Shown here in pieces: positions 11,383 through 23,969 of a stretch of 64,000 nt of DNA (position 1 is its first letter; every line of letters begins with the position of its first letter). The notes beneath the pieces were generated by a model. It made no database searches. It had not been told where the DNA came from and saw only the letters and a program-made list of their open reading frames with translations. The translations under genes and the position numbers were made by a program. The DNA comes from Sminthopsis crassicaudata (Eukaryota): NCBI RefSeq assembly GCF_048593235.1, contig NC_133620.1, positions 477,927,886-477,991,885 on the forward strand. The letters run 5' to 3'.

Positions 11383-12449
11383 GGTGGGAGTGGTGGGTGG
11401 GTGCCTTGGGTGGCAGAGGCCGGGAAACGGGTGTCAGCGAGGGGCCGAGTGTGTGATGCAGGGAGGTGCGGGAGCCTCACTGGGATGGAGCTGGTGTCTG
11501 TGCCTGTGGGCGTGAGTGTGAGTGTGAGTGTGGGTGTGAGTGTGAGTGAAGGTGTGGGGCTGAGTGTGAAGGTGGCTCAGCCTGGTGGGCTTTTATATCC
11601 CTCCTGGCAGGAGGATGGCCCAAGGGAAGGCCGGACCTTCTTCCCTGTTGATGTTTGTGGCCACTTCCCTCAGAAGCCAATCATTAGGGGATGTTGGCCT
11701 TGCCTCTGATTTGGCCATAAGGTCCATAAACATCCTCAATTTAATATTACCTTTCTATCCTTTAGTAATCATTCCTGAAACCCTTAGTCCTGGCCTACCA
11801 GAAGCGTAAATCCTGAACATGGAAATTTGGTCGGTTGAGGGTCTCTTGAGAAAAGAAGCATCTGCGGGCTGTAATGAGGGAGGCTTCTGCTGCAGCTTGT
11901 ACTTCCTGGAGGTGGGAGGGAGGATGGGGAACAGTCATTCTGAGTCTGTCCAGCTGCTTGAGGCGTTAGGGAGAATTATGTTGGGAAACCCGCAGGCCAG
12001 TCTGGCCAAAGGCACCATTGGCATAAAGCAGTATTTTCTGAGAAGTCTGGAGGGTAAGATCGTGCAGAACTTCGAAGGGCCTACAGCAGTAGTTTGCATT
12101 CTATTTAACGGCAGAGCCTTGGGTCATAAAATCACATGATCCCTTTTAGAGCATTACTGGGGCAGCTTCCAGAGCAAAGGGACCACATACATGGCTCTCA
12201 ATTATTTTGAGGGCAACTGGATTAGATTAAAACATATTGGGGGCATATTTAAAAAATAAATGAAAATACAGCAAGATACAAAAAGGCATTTTAAAATCTA
12301 GTTCCTATTCCACCCAGAGGGATCCTTAGGCCTGGGTTAGTGGCCCCCAGTGCTTTTTGAGTTTGTCATGCCTGGTCTGGACGATGAATTGAAAAGATGA
12401 AAAATCACTCTTCCCCGATACGGGCTAGTGGAAAAAATATGTGTAAAGA

Positions 12450-12890
12450 AGGGAATGAGGGAGAGAGACACACACAGAGAAAGAGAGACAGAAATAGAGA
12501 GAGAAGATGAGACAGAGACACATACACAATCACCCCCAGAGAAAGCATGAGAAGAGATAGAGATGGGAATGGAGAGGGAGAGAAAGGAAGAGACAAAGAG
12601 ATAGAGGAGAAGAGATGCAGAAAGAAAAAGCTGGTGATGAGGAGAGATAGAGGAAGACAGAGACAGAGATAGATGGGATGTGAGAGAGAAACAGAGACAG
12701 AGATAGAGACAGAGAGAGGAGGAGAAGAAGAGGAAGAAGAAAAAAAGGAGGAGGAAGAAGTAGATGAGGAGGAAGAAGAAGAGGAAGAAGAAGACAGAGA
12801 CAGGAAGAGACAAAGATGGAGGGGAAGAGATGCAGAGACAAAGAGCTGAAGAGGAGGAGAGATAGAGGGAGGGAGAGACAGGGATAGAAC
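12450..12890. repeat. GA-rich low-complexity tract ((GA)n/(GAA)n/GAGACA)
   Basis: Nearly pure purine on the + strand. Confidence 0.9.
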
Positions 12891-13436
12891 TGAAGAATAA
12901 CCTCCTAGAAGAGGCAGATGATAATGAAGAACACTAAGGAGAGTCTCTTTCTTTTGCGCTTCCTAGCCCCAGGATGGAGAGAATAGGTGGTGTAGAAAGG
13001 ATTTGCGATTTAACAGGGAAGAGGGAGTCCCAAGGCTCTGTATTCTCTGCAAAGAGGAAGCAAGGTCTCCTTAGAGGGAGGAGCCGGGGCTGGTTTTTAG
13101 GCTGCTTGAAGAGAAGAGGTTTGATGAGATGTCAGTTAGGGCATCGTCCAGCATCAGGGAACTCCCAGGGAAGCTTGGAGAAGATCAGTTGGTCAACCCA
13201 ACCACGGAACTGTGCCCAGGGTCATTCTGAAGCCTGGAATGGGAGCAGGGAGGCTCATGATTCGGGCTACTCCTGCTTCGATGAGTTTTCTTCAGGCCCT
13301 GAAATCACCATCGATTTGGGAGTGGTGTAGGGGCACTTGGTAGGGCCAGATGAGGGGGTGGGAAGGCTCCCTGAAAGGACAGATTCCAGCCATCAGGGGC
13401 TCAGGGGTCATATGTGGGAATCTTGGTAACTGGTGT

Positions 13437-13597
13437 NNNNNNNNNNNNNNNNNNNNNNNNNNNNNNNNNNNNNNNNNNNNNNNNNNNNNNNNNNNNNNNN
13501 NNNNNNNNNNNNNNNNNNNNNNNNNNNNNNNNNNNNNNNNNNNNNNNNNNNNNNNNNNNNNNNNNNNNNNNNNNNNNNNNNNNNNNNNNNNNNNNNN
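13437..13597. other. N-masked stretch
   Basis: Run of N. Confidence 1.
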
Positions 13598-13961
13598 ACT
13601 CCCCCAAACACATAGTCAACCCTCCCCCATGGTCACACACACACACTTATTGACACTTCTCTCCACACAACCACCCACACTCACATACACACACATGCAC
13701 GCCTACCCAGAAACACACCCATCTATCCCCACAGACAATTTTACACATATGCCCATGAACACAGTCACACACTCACCTCCCCACTCACAACTCAATCCCC
13801 CCCACTTACATACACACTGACACACAGCCCTACACATCCATGTGCACACACTCACAGACATCCCCCCTCCTACAGCTCTCTTCACATATTCACATTTCCA
13901 TTCATGCCCACACTCGTGCACACACCCTTACACACACATTCATAATCATATAACCTCCCAT

Positions 13962-16900
13962 ATTCACACCCACACTCACATAATCCCCACTCACGCACAT
14001 CCGTATATATGGATACTATAGTTATATTCACACACACACACACACACTCACCGATAACCTGCTCGCTCACACTCACACACTCACTTTTACAGTCACACCC
14101 ACACTCACATAATCCCCACTCACGTATATATGGATACTATAGTTATATTCACACACACATACCCACACTCACCGATAACCTGCTCGCTCACACTCACACA
14201 CTCACTTTTACACTCACACCCACACTCACATAATCCCCACTCACGCACATCCGTATATATGGATACTATAGTTATATTCACACACACACACACACACACA
14301 CTCACCGATAACCCGCTCGCTCACACTCACACACTCACTTTTACAATCACACCCACACTCACATAATCCCCACTCACGCACATCCGTATATATGGATACT
14401 ATAGTTATATTCACACACACATACCCACACTCACCGATAACCTGCTCGCTCACACTCACACACTCACTTTTACACTCACACCCACACTCACATAATCCCC
14501 ACTCACGTATATATGGATACTATAGTTATATTCACACACACACACACACACTCACCGATAACCTGCTCGCTCACACTCACACACTCACTTTTACACTCAC
14601 ACCCACACTCACATAATCCCCACTCACGTATATATGGATACTATAGTTATATTCACACACACACACATACCCACACTCACTGATAACCCGCTCGCTCACA
14701 CTCACACACTCACTTTTACACTCACACCCACACTCACATAATCCCCACTCACGTATATATGGATACTATAGTTATATTCACACACACACACATACCCACA
14801 CTCACTGATAACCCGCTCGCTCACACTCACACACTCACTTTTACACTCACACCCACACTCACATAATCCCCACTCACGCACATCCGTATATATGGATACT
14901 ATAGTTATATTCACACACACACACACACACTCACCGATAACCTGCTCGCTCACACTCACACACTCACTTTTACACTCACACCCACACTCACATAATCCCC
15001 ACTCACGTATATATGGATACTATAGTTATATTCACACACACACACATACCCACACTCACCGATAACCCGCTTGCTCACACTCACACTCACACCCACACTC
15101 ACATAATCCCCACTCACGCACATCCGTATATATGGATACTATAGTTATATTCACACACACACACACCCACACTCACCGATAACCTGCTCGCTCACACTCA
15201 CACACTCACTTTTACACTCACACCCACACTCACATAATCCCCACTCACGCACATCCGTATATATGGATACTATAGTTATATTCACACACACATACCCACA
15301 CTCACCGATAACCTGCTCGCTCACACTCACACACTCACTTTTACACTCACACCCACACTCACATAATCCCCACTCACGTATATATGGATACTATAGTTAT
15401 ATTCACACACACACACACACACTCACCGATAACCTGCTCGCTCACACTCACACACTCACTTTTACACTCACACCCACACTCACATAATCCCCACTCACGC
15501 ACATCCGTATATATGGATACTATAGTTATATTCACACACACACACACACACTCACCGATAACCCGCTCGCTCACACTCACACACTCACTTTTACACTCAC
15601 ACCCACACTCACATAATCCCCACTCACGTATATATGGATACTATAGTTATATTCACACACACACACACCCACACTCACCGATAACCTGCTCGCTCACACT
15701 CACACACTCACTTTTACACTCACACCCACACTCACATAATCCCCACTCACGTATATATGGATACTATAGTTATATTCACACACACACACACACACACTCA
15801 CCGATAACCTGCTCGCTCACACTCACACACTCACTTTTACACTCACACCCACACTCACATAATCCCCACTCACGTATATATGGATACTATAGTTATATTC
15901 ACACACACACACCCACACTCACCGATAACCCGCTCGCTCACACTCACACACTCACTTTTACACTCACACCCACACTCACATAATCCCCACTCACGCACAT
16001 CCGTATATATGGATACTATAGTTATATTCACACACACACACACCCACACTCACCGATAACCTGCTCGCTCACACTCACACACTCACTTTTACACTCACAC
16101 CCACACTCACATAATCCCCACTCACGCACATCCCTATATATGGATACTATAGTTATATTCACACACACATACCCACACTCACCGATAACCCGCTCGCTCA
16201 CACTCACACACTCACTTTTACACTCACACCCACACTCACATAATCCCCACTCACGCACATCCGTATATATGGATACTATAGTTATATTCACACACACACA
16301 CACACACACTCACCGATAACCCGCTCGCTCACACTCACACACTCACTTTTACACTCACACCCACACTCACATAATCCCCACTCACGCACATCCGTATATA
16401 TGGATACTATAGTTATATTCACACACACACACATACCCACACTCACCGATAACCCGCTCGCTCACACTCACACACTCACTTTTACACTCACACCCACACT
16501 CACATAATCCCCACTCACGCATATATGGATACTATAGTTATATTCACACACACACACACACACTCACCGATAACCTGCTCGCTCACACTCACACACTCAC
16601 TTTTACACTCACACCCACACTCACATAATCCCCACTCACGTATATATGGATACTATAGTTATATTCACACACACACACATACCCACACTCACTGATAACC
16701 CGCTCGCTCACACTCACACACTCACTTTTACACTCACACCCACACTCACATAATCCCCACTCACGTATATATGGATACTATAGTTATATTCACACACACA
16801 CACATACCCACACTCACTGATAACCCGCTCGCTCACACTCACACACTCACTTTTACACTCACACCCACACTCACATAATCCCCACTCACGCACATCCGTA

Positions 16901-18862
16901 TATATGGATACTATAGTTATATTCACACACACACACACACACTCACCGATAACCTGCTCGCTCACACTCACACACTCACTTTTACACTCACACCCACACT
17001 CACATAATCCCCACTCACGTATATATGGATACTATAGTTATATTCACACACACACACATACCCACACTCACTGATAACCCGCTCGCTCACACTCACACAC
17101 TCACTTTTACACTCACACCCACACTCACATAATCCCCACTCACGCACATCCGTATATATGGATACTATAGTTATATTCACACACACACACACACACTCAC
17201 CGATAACCTGCTCGCTCACACTCACACACTCACTTTTACACTCACACCCACACTCACATAATCCCCACTCACGTATATATGGATACTATAGTTATATTCA
17301 CACACACACACATACCCACACTCACCGATAACCCGCTTGCTCACACTCACACTCACACCCACACTCACATAATCCCCACTCACGCACATCCGTATATATG
17401 GATACTATAGTTATATTCACACACACACACACCCACACTCACCGATAACCTGCTCGCTCACACTCACACACTCACTTTTACACTCACACCCACACTCACA
17501 TAATCCCCACTCACGCACATCCGTATATATGGATACTATAGTTATATTCACACACACATACCCACACTCACCGATAACCTGCTCGCTCACACTCACACAC
17601 TCACTTTTACACTCACACCCACACTCACATAATCCCCACTCACGTATATATGGATACTATAGTTATATTCACACACACACACACACACACTCACCGATAA
17701 CCTGCTCGCTCACACTCACACACTCACTTTTACACTCACACCCACACTCACATAATCCCCACTCACGCACATCCGTATATATGGATACTATAGTTATATT
17801 CACACACACACACACACACTCACCGATAACCCGCTCGCTCACACTCACACACTCACTTTTACACTCACACCCACACTCACATAATCCCCACTCACGTATA
17901 TATGGATACTATAGTTATATTCACACACACACACACCCACACTCACCGATAACCTGCTCGCTCACACTCACACACTCACTTTTACACTCACACCCACACT
18001 CACATAATCCCCACTCACGTATATATGGATACTATAGTTATATTCACACACACACACACACACACTCACCGATAACCCGCTTGCTCACACTCACACTCAC
18101 ACCCACACTCACATAATCCCCACTCACGTATATATGGATACTATAGTTATATTCACACACACACACACACACACTCACCGATAACCCGCTTGCTCACACT
18201 CACACTCACACCCACACTCACATAATCCCCACTCACGTATATATGGATACTATAGTTATATTCACACACACACACACACACACTCACCGATAACCTGCTC
18301 GCTCACACTCACACACTCACTTTTACACTCACACCCACACTCACATAATCCCCACTCACGTATATATGGATACTATAGTTATATTCACACACACACACCC
18401 ACACTCACCGATAACCCGCTCGCTCACACTCACACACTCACTTTTACACTCACACCCACACTCACATAATCCCCACTCACGCACATCCGTATATATGGAT
18501 ACTATAGTTATATTCACACACACACACACCCACACTCACCGATAACCTGCTCGCTCACACTCACACACTCACTTTTACACTCACACCCACACTCACATAA
18601 TCCCCACTCACGCACATCCGTATATATGGATACTATAGTTATATTCACACACACACACACACACACTCACCGATAACCCGCTCGCTCACACTCACACACT
18701 CACTTTTACACTCACACCCACACTCACATAATCCCCACTCACGCACATCCGTATATATGGATACTATAGTTATATTCACACACACACACATACCCACACT
18801 CACCGATAACCCGCTCGCTCACACTCACACACTCACTTTTACACTCACACCCACACTCACGT
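13962..18862. repeat. Minisatellite/VNTR, unit ~110-133 bp, roughly 39 copies
   Basis: Each unit is cacccacactcacataatccccactcacg[cacatccg]tatatatggatactatagttatattc(AC)n...caccgataacc(t/c)gctcgctcacactcacacactcactttta; copy number estimated from length. Confidence 0.97.
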
Positions 18863-19940
18863 ACACATCATACACACGACCCCCCATTTACAGACACTCC
18901 CCACTCTCGCCCTGCCCCCTCAGAGGCACCCAGCTGCCCAGGACTTCCCAGTGTTGTCATGCTCATGGCCCACGGGACTCTTTTCTCCCTCGCGGAGCTG
19001 TGACTGACAGCACCATGTTACTCCAAGCAGCTGTGGCCCGGGTCCTCTCCCAGAAATCCTCAGCAGAGCTGGAAAGTTGCCCTCGGGAAAAGCCAGTCCC
19101 CTTCTCTCCTTAGCCAGGGTTCCACAAGGCAGGATGCACGGCGGGGCATCTATGACAATGTAGTTCCTGTCGATTAGGCACCTGCTGTGCACTAGGCAGC
19201 AGTCCGCGGGCCTCCAGTTAGTGGGAAGAGAAGGCCGAGGGAAGTGAGGTCAATCCCGACCTGAATGAGCAGCACAACGATGAAGTGAGAGACGAGCTCC
19301 AGATGCAAAGTGAAGGCCCCGAGAACCCAGCCTCTGTCTCTGCAAAGGGAGGCATGGGGTGAAGCTCTGTCCCCTGCCCTCCGCCCTCCCACAATGCATC
19401 TCCAAAGCTGGAGAAACCAGGCAAATCCCTTCCAGGTCCCCATAAGTCTGGCTTGATCCCCTGGGACCATGAGCATGACGTCTCCCCCAGGAACCTATGA
19501 AACTGCTTCCTTCCCCTTTAGTCGAGCTGCCCCCTTGCCCCCTCCACCCCCGACCATCAGCCTCCAGAAAACAAAGGCACCGGGAACTTTTTAGAAGCAT
19601 CTCCTTGGGAATTTATTCCATGCTTGCTTTGGGGCTGTCAGAGGGCTGGGTGGGAGCTTCATTGTGGAAAGCCAGAGCTCGGTGGCCCGGGCTCTGCCCT
19701 TCCCTGTGGGAAGGGGGGTTCCTGTTCCGCAGTGAAGTCTACGAGGTGGGAGGAGTCCCAGCTGGCTCTGACAACAATGATCTAGCCTGGGTCTCAGGGC
19801 CTGTGAGTCCCGCCAGGGCCACAGATTGACTTCAACCGCAGATTGTGAGTGAGGGCCCAAGGGCACAAGAGGCTGTGACCACGGTGACGTGAGGAGAAGC
19901 TGTTCCAAGCTTCTCCCGACCGGATTGGGATAAGAAGTGG

Positions 19941-20369
19941 TCAGCAGCAGGAGGGGGCACAGGAGGCTCCACAGACCAGGGAGGGGCAGGAGGCTGGCTG
20001 GCAGCAGGAAGTCTGGCAGGAGAGGAGCCCACAGACCACAGGCTTGCAGCACATGGGCACACACACGGCAGGTTTGCAGCAGACTGGCACGCAGCAGGCA
20101 GACTGGCAGGGGCTGGACACACAGCAGACAGGGCTGCAGGGGCTAGCCTGGCAGCAGCTGGACTGGCAGGGGCTGGACACACAGCAGGAGGGGGAGCAGC
20201 TGCCAGCTCCACAGACCGCCTGGCAGCCGGTCACCACAGGGCATGCTGGGCGGCACAGCAGGGCCACACAGGCCGGGCGGCAGCAAGGACGGACGCAGCA
20301 GACGGGCTTGCAGCACACGGGCACGGAGCAGGTGGGCTGGCAGCCAGTGGAGCAGCTGGTGTGGCACAT
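19941..20369 (-). CDS. KRTAP12: KRTAP12-like keratin-associated protein (142 aa; true start is the MCHTSC ATG, not the ORF-track start at 20561)
   Basis: The MCHTSCSTGCQP N-terminus is the KRTAP12 signature, followed by [13 protein letters not shown] repeats. TATAAAA at 20454-20460 lies downstream of the ORF-track start; AATAAA at 19612-19617. Confidence 0.9.
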   Translation of the reverse strand: MCHTSCSTGCQPTCSVPVCCKPVCCVRPCCRPACVALLCRPACPVVTGCQAVCGAGSCSPSCCVSSPCQSSCCQASPCSPVCCVSSPCQSACCVPVCCKPAVCVPMCCKPVVCGLLSCQTSCCQPASCPSLVCGASCAPSCC

Positions 20370-20453
20370 GGTGGGTGGGATGGGGAGGATTCTCAGGAGA
20401 GGAGCAGAGGAGGAGGGATGGGTTTGGAGTGCTCCTTCCCCTCTGCCCAAGGC

Positions 20454-20460
20454 TTTTATA
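20454..20460 (-). promoter_or_regulatory. TATA box of the KRTAP12-like gene
   Basis: TATAAAAGCC ~85 bp upstream of the ATG, preceded by (GTGTGTGAGTGTTT)-type repeats. Confidence 0.75.
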
Positions 20461-21994
20461 CTCCTTGGCAGAGTGTTTGTGTGTGTGTGAGTGTTTGTGT
20501 GTGTGTGAGTGTTTGTGTGTGTGTGTGTGTGTGTGTGAGTGTACATCTGATAGCCATACATCCATGATTTTCCTTATTGTTGTTTCTACTTTTATTCTCA
20601 CCCCCCTCCTCATTAGCTTGTTTCAGTTTCCTGGAGCCCTTGGGGGTCTCATTTGTTCTTGCTTAGAGATCTCCAGAATCCCTTCTCCACTCCACACGAT
20701 TTCCTCCAGTGGCCATGATCCCACTTCTGCAGGGATCCTAGTTAAAAAGCCAAGGGCGTGGCTTCCAATCTTGCCCGAACTTTCTGGCTTTGATCTCTTG
20801 GCTTTGACTTATGAGCCCTGTCCTGTCTGAGGTACATCTGTGACTAGAGTCCTAGGCATCCGCGATGCTTAGTTTTGAACTGGCCCGCACGCTGATATGT
20901 GAGCCCAGAGCCCCCAGAGCCCACCCCACTCTGAGGAACATGCCCATGACGGGGCCGTACGACCTCAGCTGCCCCAATCCCAGGCTGCCTGGCCCCTTTT
21001 AGGATCGAAATGAGGGCCCCTAAATCTGCCTCCTTGTATCTCCTGTTGTTCTGGGATGGAACAGCAGGCTAGGGGCACCGTGCTTGACAGGGAACCCCCA
21101 TCACTAACCAAAGGCTTTTAGAGGGTCACCTCCCTGAGAGAGGGCCCCGGGCACCCAGGACTGCTGGGATCACACTAGCTCAGGAGCCCCTCGTCTGGGA
21201 GAAGTGCCAGTGACGGGGGGCAATGCTTGGAATCAGGGAAGAGTGAGCTGAGCAGGACCCTGGTGGGCAGCAGATATGACCAGGAGGTCAGGATATGAGC
21301 GGACACAAGCTTTGCTGACGGCGGCTAGTATTCCTCGGCTGAGCTGCCGCGCCCGGGCGCAGGGCACTTCCTCCTGGCTTCGTATCTCCCGGGGCTCCCT
21401 CCAGTTTCGATCTGTGCCTTGGTGGTCTCAGTGACCCCTCCCACTCGAAGACCTGAGCTTACTCTAACTTCCAGCCCAAGGGATCCTGAAGAGGGAGAGC
21501 AGAAGCCCTCCTCAGTCTGTAATGTCTCCAGCCATTTGGGGCTCACCAGCCCCCACGTCACTGCTCAGTGAGCCCCAAAGGAGATGGCCGCTCGGGCTTT
21601 CACGATTCCAGGACTAGAGTTCTTGGTGGCGAGCTCCCTAAACACTCGCTTGTGAACCCCAGCTGCTGGCTCTCTGCTTAACGATCACCCGGCAGACTCG
21701 GACATCTGACCGATCGGCCCGGCAAGGAGAGCAGATACGCGGTCCGCCGTACCAGTCCTCCCGCACTCGGAGGCCAAGAGAGAAGGAGAACAGGCACAAG
21801 GGCAAAGCCCTGCGGTAGTCAGGGCCAGGCTCCCACGAGCCTCATTCCCTGGCTCCGCTGCCTCCCTGGCCTAGGGACGGCTCGGCTAGACAGACCCGGC
21901 GGCTCCCTGGGCCGCGGGCAAGCGGCAGCCTGCCCTGCCTCTGTTAGCCGATCAGCTTGCTCTGCATCTGGGCTTCTCATCCTTCTCCCCCAGT

Positions 21995-22440
21995 TTTTTA
22001 AGATTTTTATTCAAAATGTTGAGTTCCAAATTGTATCCCTGCCTCCCTGGAAGCAATCCGCGTAGGTTACACACGCACTTCTAGTAAATATTTCCCTCTC
22101 GGTCATTTTGTACAAGAAGACTCAAATCAAAGGGGAAAAAATGAAAGAAAAAAGGGAAAAACAGTCTGTGGTCAATCAAGATCAGGTGTTTGTCCGGAGG
22201 GCCATGGCGCACTTCAGGGTCCTTTGGGACATTCTTGGACGGTTGTATAGCTGAGAAGAGCTGAGTCATCACAGTTCTTGATCGGCCAGTCTCGCTTTTA
22301 CTGCGTCCGCCGGTCCCCTGGCTTGGCTGAAATCATCCTGCCTGTCATTTTTCATAGCACAACGATGCGCCGCTGGGCTCGTCCTCTGCCCAAGGCTGGT
22401 CCACATCCGGGGTTTTGAGCTGGAAATCTTCCCATTTCTT
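21995..22440 (-). mobile_element. Old, decayed L1 3' end (ORF2 C-terminus and 3' UTR)
   Basis: Motifs ttttattcaaaatgttgagttccaaatt, gctgagaagagctgagtcatcacagtt and gaaatcatcctgcctgtcatttttcatagcacaa resemble marsupial L1 3' ends and align with the younger L1 at ~50400. Confidence 0.7.
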
Positions 22441-22489
22441 CTTTTCTGCCCTATGGACGGGGTCCCAGCTTGGAAGGGAAGGGAAAGCA

Positions 22490-22625
22490 TTTATTTAGCA
22501 CCCACTACAACTCTGCATGGCAGGTGAGGAAACTGAGGCAGATGACGTGACTCGCCCAGGGCGACACAGCTCCTAAGGATCTGAAGCCAGATCCAAACTT
22601 GGGTTTTCCTGACTCCAGGCCTGAT
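22490..22625. mobile_element. Degenerate core-SINE (MIR/Mar-like) fragment
   Basis: gaggaaactgaggcag...gtgactcgcccagggcgacacagct...cctgactccagg. Confidence 0.6.
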
Positions 22626-23569
22626 TTAGCCCTTACGCTGCCTCTGACAGGGCTCCTCATCTGCCAAGTGGGGATCATCAGGCGTCCCCGCCCTGCTGCT
22701 CTTCCTGGGTTGCCACAATGGCCTTCCGCGGCATTTAGGAGCGGGGCTCCGGGTGCAGAGGCACTAATGGCCTGGAAGAAGCTGAGGGGGAAGAAGACGG
22801 GGACGTTCACAGGGCACAGAAGCAGCCTCGTCAGCAGGATTCCCTTCAGTTGGATCGCCCCCGGGCCAGCCTGGATGGGACGTCGGAAAGTGGGAGCCGT
22901 CCCGGCAGAGCCCTGCTGCAGGCAGCCAGGGGAGGCCAGGTGTGCGTGGCAAGGTGCTGCCAACCACTCATCAGGCCCCCTCAGGAGCCGCCTCTCCAAA
23001 TGGCTCTGTCTTCTCACACCCCAGGTGCCCCGAAGCTGGCACTTCAGAGGTTTCTAAGAATAAACTCTAATTATTCCTGCCTGAGAATTCAAGCATTTAA
23101 GAAGCTCCGAACAAAATATGGCCCTTGGGAGAGCCCGGAGTCTGCACCCGGCAGAAATCTTGCCAGGGTTCTGGGCCCGGCCCCCCCAGCCTGGAAGCCA
23201 TCGAGGGCAGAGATCATTGTCCTCCCTGTGCTTGTTTTCCCAGCACACATAGTAGGTGCTGGAGAAGCGCTGGTTAGCACTGGTTACCTGACACCAGGAG
23301 GAAATCCTGCTCATGGACTCAGCCGCACTTCCTGTTGGCAGCTTCTGCCTGATCCCAGCGCCTGGGAGCTGCCCAATCTCCTGGGCAGGAAGCTCGGAGG
23401 CTGCTTCCTCAGCCGTCACGGGGGCTTTGGGGCTCCCCTCGGCGCCTTGGGCCCGGCCCAGACGAGTCATCCCCGGAGAAGGGAGCTCAGAGCCTTCCCC
23501 TCCGGAGAGGGTACGCGGTCCCTCCTGAAGGCCGGCCTAGGTCGGGCCTCTGGGGCCGCGCAAATCCAG

Positions 23570-23825
23570 GCCGGTCCCCCCTCCCCAGGCCAGCCAGCCC
23601 CCCCTCCCCAGCGCCCCCTCCCCAGGCCGGCTGGTCCCCCCTCCCCAAGCGCCCCCTCCCCAGGCCGGTCCCCCTTCCCCAGGCCGGCTGGTCCCCCCCC
23701 TCCCCAAGCGCCCCCTCCCCAGGTCGGCCGGTCCCCCCTCCCCAGGCGCCCCCTCCCCAGGCCGGCCAGCCCCCCCTCCCGAGCGCCCCCTCCCCAGGCG
23801 CCCCCTCCCCAGGCCGGCCGGCCTG
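23570..23825. repeat. C-rich short tandem repeat (CCCCCTCCCCAGGCCGG/AAGCG variants)
   Basis: About a dozen ccccctcccc cores separated by short linkers. Confidence 0.85.
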
Positions 23826-23969
23826 AGGGTCCCTACCTCCAGATAGCGTGTTTCATCATCGTTTTCTGGTCTGCAAGCGGAGCAGCGCCAGCCCCTTTTT
23901 GGATCATAATGAAATTCTGCCTGTGAGGGAGGAGAGTGAGAGTCAACTGCCTGGTGTCCTCCTGTCCCC

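Larger units (their letters stand above)
1..11690. repeat. Tandem segmental array with period 4525/4528 bp (~2.6 periods in window, continues off the left edge)
   Basis: The ORF track repeats at +4525 and then +4528. The first two periods differ at only a few positions that I could find (e.g. 4141 vs 8666, a 3-bp insertion near 8837, 2106 vs 6631). Confidence 0.97.

Noticed and set aside
13962-18862. Minisatellite as a CRISPR-like array or His/Thr-rich coding region
   Set aside because: There are no unique spacers and the context is eukaryotic. The ORFs are translations of AC-rich repeats.
19220-19350. Acidic + strand open segment (WEEKAEGSEV...) and hydrophobic minus ORF at 19192-19476
   Set aside because: No recognisable homology, weak splice signals and no partner exons; expected by chance in GC-rich DNA.
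19941-20561. 206-aa version of the KRTAP12 ORF with a (HT)n N-terminus
   Set aside because: The extension runs through the TATA box and a GT repeat. The family N-terminus MCHTSC starts at 20369.
22345-22450. Minus-strand terminal exon candidate (AEKKKWEDFQ...CYEK*) in phase with the 84-nt cassette
   Set aside because: The sequence aligns with the decayed L1 ORF2 3' end that occupies this interval.
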